Assembly: GCA_050253415.1 (NCBI GenBank)
Contig: JBFWJC010000003.1
Span: 305,035-369,034 of the forward strand
From: Pedobacter sp.
GTDB taxonomy: Bacteria; Desulfobacterota; Desulfuromonadia; Desulfuromonadales; Syntrophotaleaceae
Direction: 5' to 3'
DNA length: 64,000 nt
The notes beneath the pieces are model-generated. The model was not told the origin of the DNA, did no database searches, and worked only from the letters and a program-made list of their open reading frames with translations. A program made the position numbers and the translations under genes. Shown piece after piece: positions 60,332 to 64,000 of the stretch (position 1 is its first letter; each line of letters begins with the position of its first letter).

Positions 60332-62095
60332 ATGCGCGGTTTCAAGGCAAAAAAGGCAGGGCAAAACAAAGGCTGCTTATCTTCTTTGCTGGCAGTGGCA
60401 CGTGGCGAGGTCCCCGCTGACCTGGCGTTACGTAATGCACGGGTCCTTGATCTTGTGACGGGGGATATTCATTGTACCGATATTGCAATCTCCGGGACAA
60501 CCATCGCCGCCGTGAGTACGGGGTTGCCTGCTCGGCACGATCTGGACTTGAATGGACTTTATGTCTGTCCCGGGCTCATCGACGCACATGTCCATATTGA
60601 GAGCACCATGCTTCGACCCTTGGAGTTCGGTCGTCTCATAGCGCCGCATGGTGTTACCACGGTCATCAGTAATCCCCATGAAATTGCCAATGTATGCGGT
60701 GTGCCCGGCATTCGATTTATGTGCGAGGATGCCTGTTTCTCTCCCGTCGATATTCTCATGACCATACCTTCTTGTGTTCCGGCGACATCGCTTGCCGGTA
60801 CGGGAGCAAGCCTTGAGTCCGCAGACCTCCGTCGAGTGTTGCGTTACCATGGTGTCGTCGGTCTCGGCGAGGTTATGGATTTCCAAGGTGTGATCCAGGG
60901 CAAACCGCGATTAATGCACGAGCTTGGATTGGCTGCAGGATATCCGGTGGACGGACATGCGCCGGGATTAAAAGGCGCGGAACTCGATGCTTATGTGGCG
61001 GCAGGAATTTCTTCGGATCACGAATGTTCGACGCAAAAGGAGGTATTGGACCGGCTGCGAAGGGGTATGCACGTGTTCCTTCGCGAGGGAAGCGCCGCCC
61101 GCAATCTGCAGGCATTGTTGCCGGTTATTTCTGCCAAAACGGAGCATTGGCTGGCTTTTTGTACCGACGACAGAGAAGCTGCGGACCTATTGCAAGAAGG
61201 TTCCATTGATCATCTGGTGCGCAAGGCGGTTCTCGCAGGTGTTCCGCTCGTTACCGCCTTGCGCATGGCATGCCTGAACCCTGCGGAGCACTATCGATTA
61301 ACCGACCGCGGTTTGATTGCTCCGGGAAGAAGGGCGGATATGGTGGCTTTTTCGTCCCTGGATGATTTCCGCCCGCGTATGGTGTGGCAGGCAGGCCGTC
61401 TCGTCGCCCGGGACGGTGAAGCCTTAGATCGTTGCACAGAACCGAACCATACCCCGTCTATTTCGGCTTTACTGGATACCGTTCATGTCGATTGGGAACG
61501 CGTGGATTTACGTATCCCCGCCATGGGGCGCAGGGTTCGTGTCATTGGAGTGCTTGAGGGGCAGTTGGTCACCGAACAGCGTGTACTTTCAGGTAAATTG
61601 TGGCATGGGGAGTTGTTGGCCGACCCCGACCGCGATCTTTTAAAACTGGCGGTGATTGAGCGGCACCATACTACGGGGCGTTGTGGTCTGGGGCTTGTTC
61701 AGGGACTGCGACTTCAGCGAGGAGCCGTTGCCAGCACCGTGGCCCATGACCATCACAACGTGATTGTGGCGGGGGTCGACGATCGCTCCATGCTGACCGC
61801 TGCACGGGCGGTTGCCGATTCCGGTGGTGGACAGGCGGTGGCACTGGCAGATCGGGTGTTGGAACACTTACCTCTGCCCCTCGGTGGGCTCATGACGCAG
61901 GAACCTGCCGGGGAGTTGATTCGTATTCAGTCCCGTTTGAAAGCCGCCGTGCAACGGTTGGGTTGTGGTAAGGCCCAGCTTTTCATGACCCTGAGTTTTC
62001 TCGGACTTGAAGTTATTCCGGAACTTAAGCTTACCGACTACGGGCTTATTGATGTCACGACACAGAAGGTGGTACCGCTGTTTGTCGATGCCTGA
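60332..62095 (+). CDS. ade: adenine deaminase (start uncertain)
   Basis: PGLIDAHVHIES, PHEIANV, DGHAP, SDHEC, REGS, TVAHDHHN. Confidence 0.95.
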   Translation: MRGFKAKKAGQNKGCLSSLLAVARGEVPADLALRNARVLDLVTGDIHCTDIAISGTTIAAVSTGLPARHDLDLNGLYVCPGLIDAHVHIESTMLRPLEFGRLIAPHGVTTVISNPHEIANVCGVPGIRFMCEDACFSPVDILMTIPSCVPATSLAGTGASLESADLRRVLRYHGVVGLGEVMDFQGVIQGKPRLMHELGLAAGYPVDGHAPGLKGAELDAYVAAGISSDHECSTQKEVLDRLRRGMHVFLREGSAARNLQALLPVISAKTEHWLAFCTDDREAADLLQEGSIDHLVRKAVLAGVPLVTALRMACLNPAEHYRLTDRGLIAPGRRADMVAFSSLDDFRPRMVWQAGRLVARDGEALDRCTEPNHTPSISALLDTVHVDWERVDLRIPAMGRRVRVIGVLEGQLVTEQRVLSGKLWHGELLADPDRDLLKLAVIERHHTTGRCGLGLVQGLRLQRGAVASTVAHDHHNVIVAGVDDRSMLTAARAVADSGGGQAVALADRVLEHLPLPLGGLMTQEPAGELIRIQSRLKAAVQRLGCGKAQLFMTLSFLGLEVIPELKLTDYGLIDVTTQKVVPLFVDA

Positions 62096-62105
62096 GGAGT
62101 TAATC

Positions 62106-62648
62106 GTGTCTACTCACCATTCCGATATTTTGCTCAGTGAAAATACCATCCTGACCCGGGTCGGGGAATTGGCGCGCCAGATATCCCTGGATTATGCCGA
62201 TGTCGACGAACTGCTTATGGTAGGAGTTTTACGCGGATGCTACATTTTTCTAGCGGATTTATCCCGTGCTCTGAGTATTCCCAGACGTATCGATTTTATG
62301 GCCCTCTCATCTTACGGAAACGCGACTACCAGTGGCGCTGTACGTCTGATTATGGATTTGCGTACCGATATTGCGCATCGACATGTTTTGATCGTTGAAG
62401 ATATTGTCGATACCGGTCGCACTCTCGACTATTTGCTACGATTGCTCCGTGCGAGAAATCCCGCGTCACTGAAGACTTGCTCTTTGTTGCGAAAGGCCGG
62501 TTCCATGCAAATCGACGTGCCTGTCGATTATCTCGGATTCGATATCCCGGATGTCTGGATCGTTGGCTATGGTCTGGACTGCGGCGACCGGTATCGCGCA
62601 CTGCCTTATATCGCCAAGCTGCCAAGGGAAGGCATCACCGGGATGTGA
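62106..62648 (+). CDS. hpt: hypoxanthine phosphoribosyltransferase
   Basis: VLRG, LIVEDIVDTGRTL, VGYGLD; GAGGAG before GTG at 62106 (alternative ATG at 62088). Confidence 0.93.
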   Translation: MSTHHSDILLSENTILTRVGELARQISLDYADVDELLMVGVLRGCYIFLADLSRALSIPRRIDFMALSSYGNATTSGAVRLIMDLRTDIAHRHVLIVEDIVDTGRTLDYLLRLLRARNPASLKTCSLLRKAGSMQIDVPVDYLGFDIPDVWIVGYGLDCGDRYRALPYIAKLPREGITGM

Positions 62649-62873
62649 TAGGCCTCCCTGGAATTCGATGTTTTCTTGGAGGGGTTTGCTTGTTTGTTAT
62701 CCCGGGGCATACACCATAACGGTGTTATTTTATCTTGGTTAAATAAAAGCGATGCAATTTATACATCCCCTGCATGTATTTGTTTTTTATTATAAAACTT
62801 CGTAACTACTCGGTAATACAGTTCTGTTCAGTACCCCCCCAGGCATTCTTTACCAAAAATATCTAAAAATAGA

Positions 62874-62902
62874 TTGAAATGTTTTTTTATTGATGCTATT
62901 AG
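62874..62902 (+). promoter_or_regulatory. candidate sigma70 promoter for the hydrogenase operon
   Basis: TTGAAA-17 nt-TATTAG with an extended TG; AT-rich upstream tract. Confidence 0.45.
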
Positions 62903-63355
62903 ATTCGTGGCCTATTTTTGCCAATGAAAAATTAGAAAAGGACAAAGTACGGATTTCGGAGTTGACGTCCCTGAGCGAGAACGATGTATTCGGTAAACCC
63001 GGGTACGGTTTTACCGCAAATCGCAATGTCTTCTGTCTGATTTCCTGACTTCAAAATTTCAATTTTTCTTTGTTCTGAAATCGGCCGACGTTTGCATATG
63101 TTATGGAGGAGGAGAAGCAGCCGAGCTCCCCGGTTCGGCTACTTCTCGCATACCCCACAATCTCGATTCAAAACAAACATAGATGTGCGCTGCACTGCGG
63201 CGTGCGTTGTCTCATGTCGTATGTCAACCAGGACCCGAGCGTCTTGGCCGACAGGGTGAGGTGCGCCTGACACAAGAGTCATGCGTTGCGATTCTGCACG
63301 TGTATCGAATGCCTGGCGTATGCGCTCGGATTCTAATTTCATTCAGGGGAGTACT

Positions 63356-63859
63356 ATGTCTAATTGCCAGGGTACAAATTCGCAGCAGCAGTATGATTTG
63401 CCGGAACATCTGTTTGGCGAACTCGATGAATTTATCGACAGCTTGCCGACCATGAATGGCCATCTCGTCACGGTTTTGCACAAAGCGCAGAGTCTGTTCG
63501 GTTTTTTGCCGGAACAGGTTCAGCAGTATGTTGCCGACCGCATGAACATCCCGGTGGTACATGTTTTCGGTGTGGTCAGTTTTTACACCTTTTTCACCAT
63601 GACACCTAAGGGTAAAAATCCCATCTCGGTATGTATGGGTACCGCTTGTTTCGTCAAGGGCGCGAATAAAGTCGTCGACGCTTTCATGCAGCAGCTTAAG
63701 GTGGAAGTAGGCGAGGTCACTCCCGATGGTCTTTTCTCCATCGACTGCCTGCGTTGCGTTGGTGCTTGCGCCCTCGCTCCGATTGTTCTGGTAGGGGAAA
63801 AGGTCTACGGCAACGTGACCACCGACCAGGTCAAAGACATTATTGCTGACTTCGCTTAA
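63356..63859 (+). CDS. NuoE-like [2Fe-2S] subunit of an NAD(P)-linked hydrogenase (HndA/HydC-like)
   Basis: LHKAQ, VVSFYTFF, CMGTAC, CVGACALAP; AGGGGAG Shine-Dalgarno. Confidence 0.9.
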   Translation: MSNCQGTNSQQQYDLPEHLFGELDEFIDSLPTMNGHLVTVLHKAQSLFGFLPEQVQQYVADRMNIPVVHVFGVVSFYTFFTMTPKGKNPISVCMGTACFVKGANKVVDAFMQQLKVEVGEVTPDGLFSIDCLRCVGACALAPIVLVGEKVYGNVTTDQVKDIIADFA

Positions 63860-63878
63860 TACGGGGAGATAAAACGAT

Positions 63879-64000
63879 ATGGCCAAGATCAATTCTCTGG
63901 CGGAACTGCAGAAAAAGCGTGATGAACTGCAGGCTGCCGCCAACAAATGCAAAAGCGAAAAAGTTGTCGTTAATGTTTCTCTGGCGACCTGCAGCATCGC
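63879..64000 (+). CDS. thioredoxin-like [2Fe-2S] ferredoxin subunit (HndB-like), runs off the window
   Basis: MAKINSLAELQKKR...VNVSLATCSI; GGGGAG Shine-Dalgarno; follows the NuoE-like gene. Confidence 0.75.
   Translation, partial: MAKINSLAELQKKRDELQAAANKCKSEKVVVNVSLATCSI

Noticed and set aside
63081..63098. Sigma54 -24/-12 promoter (GGCCGACGTTTGCA)
   Set aside because: GG-to-GC spacing is 9 nt rather than the required 10.

Overview
64 kb of mostly core chromosome. Gene content and order suggest a Desulfuromonadales-type deltaproteobacterium, possibly Pelobacter/Syntrophotalea (inference). Housekeeping blocks: queA-tgt-yajC-secDF-recJ; pheA-tyrA-aroA-cmk-ispH-rpsA-sppA-ihfB; RluA-family synthase-lgt-HAD; TPR-lipoprotein-peptide ABC genes with an inserted stand-alone MshEN-domain gene; NSS transporter-mutM; cysE-iscR-iscS-iscU-mnmA-mtaB; nrdJ with NrdR boxes; PIN-PhoH-tsaD-rsmA; ade-hpt; and the start of an Hnd/Hyd-type hydrogenase operon. 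A probable 6S RNA lies at about 18.93-19.11 kb on the minus strand. The accessory segment at about 40.1-50.2 kb is a mosaic. It holds REP-like GGGGAC/GTCCCC and CTGACAC motifs, a probable RAYT-type transposase remnant, the 3' end of a group II intron, two AT-rich orphan genes, an open but start-less copy of the C-terminal ~200 codons of a neighbouring giant class A PBP, an SSS transporter, and an internally deleted IS3 element. No tRNA, rRNA or CRISPR array was seen. All calls come from motif recognition by eye; no searches were run.
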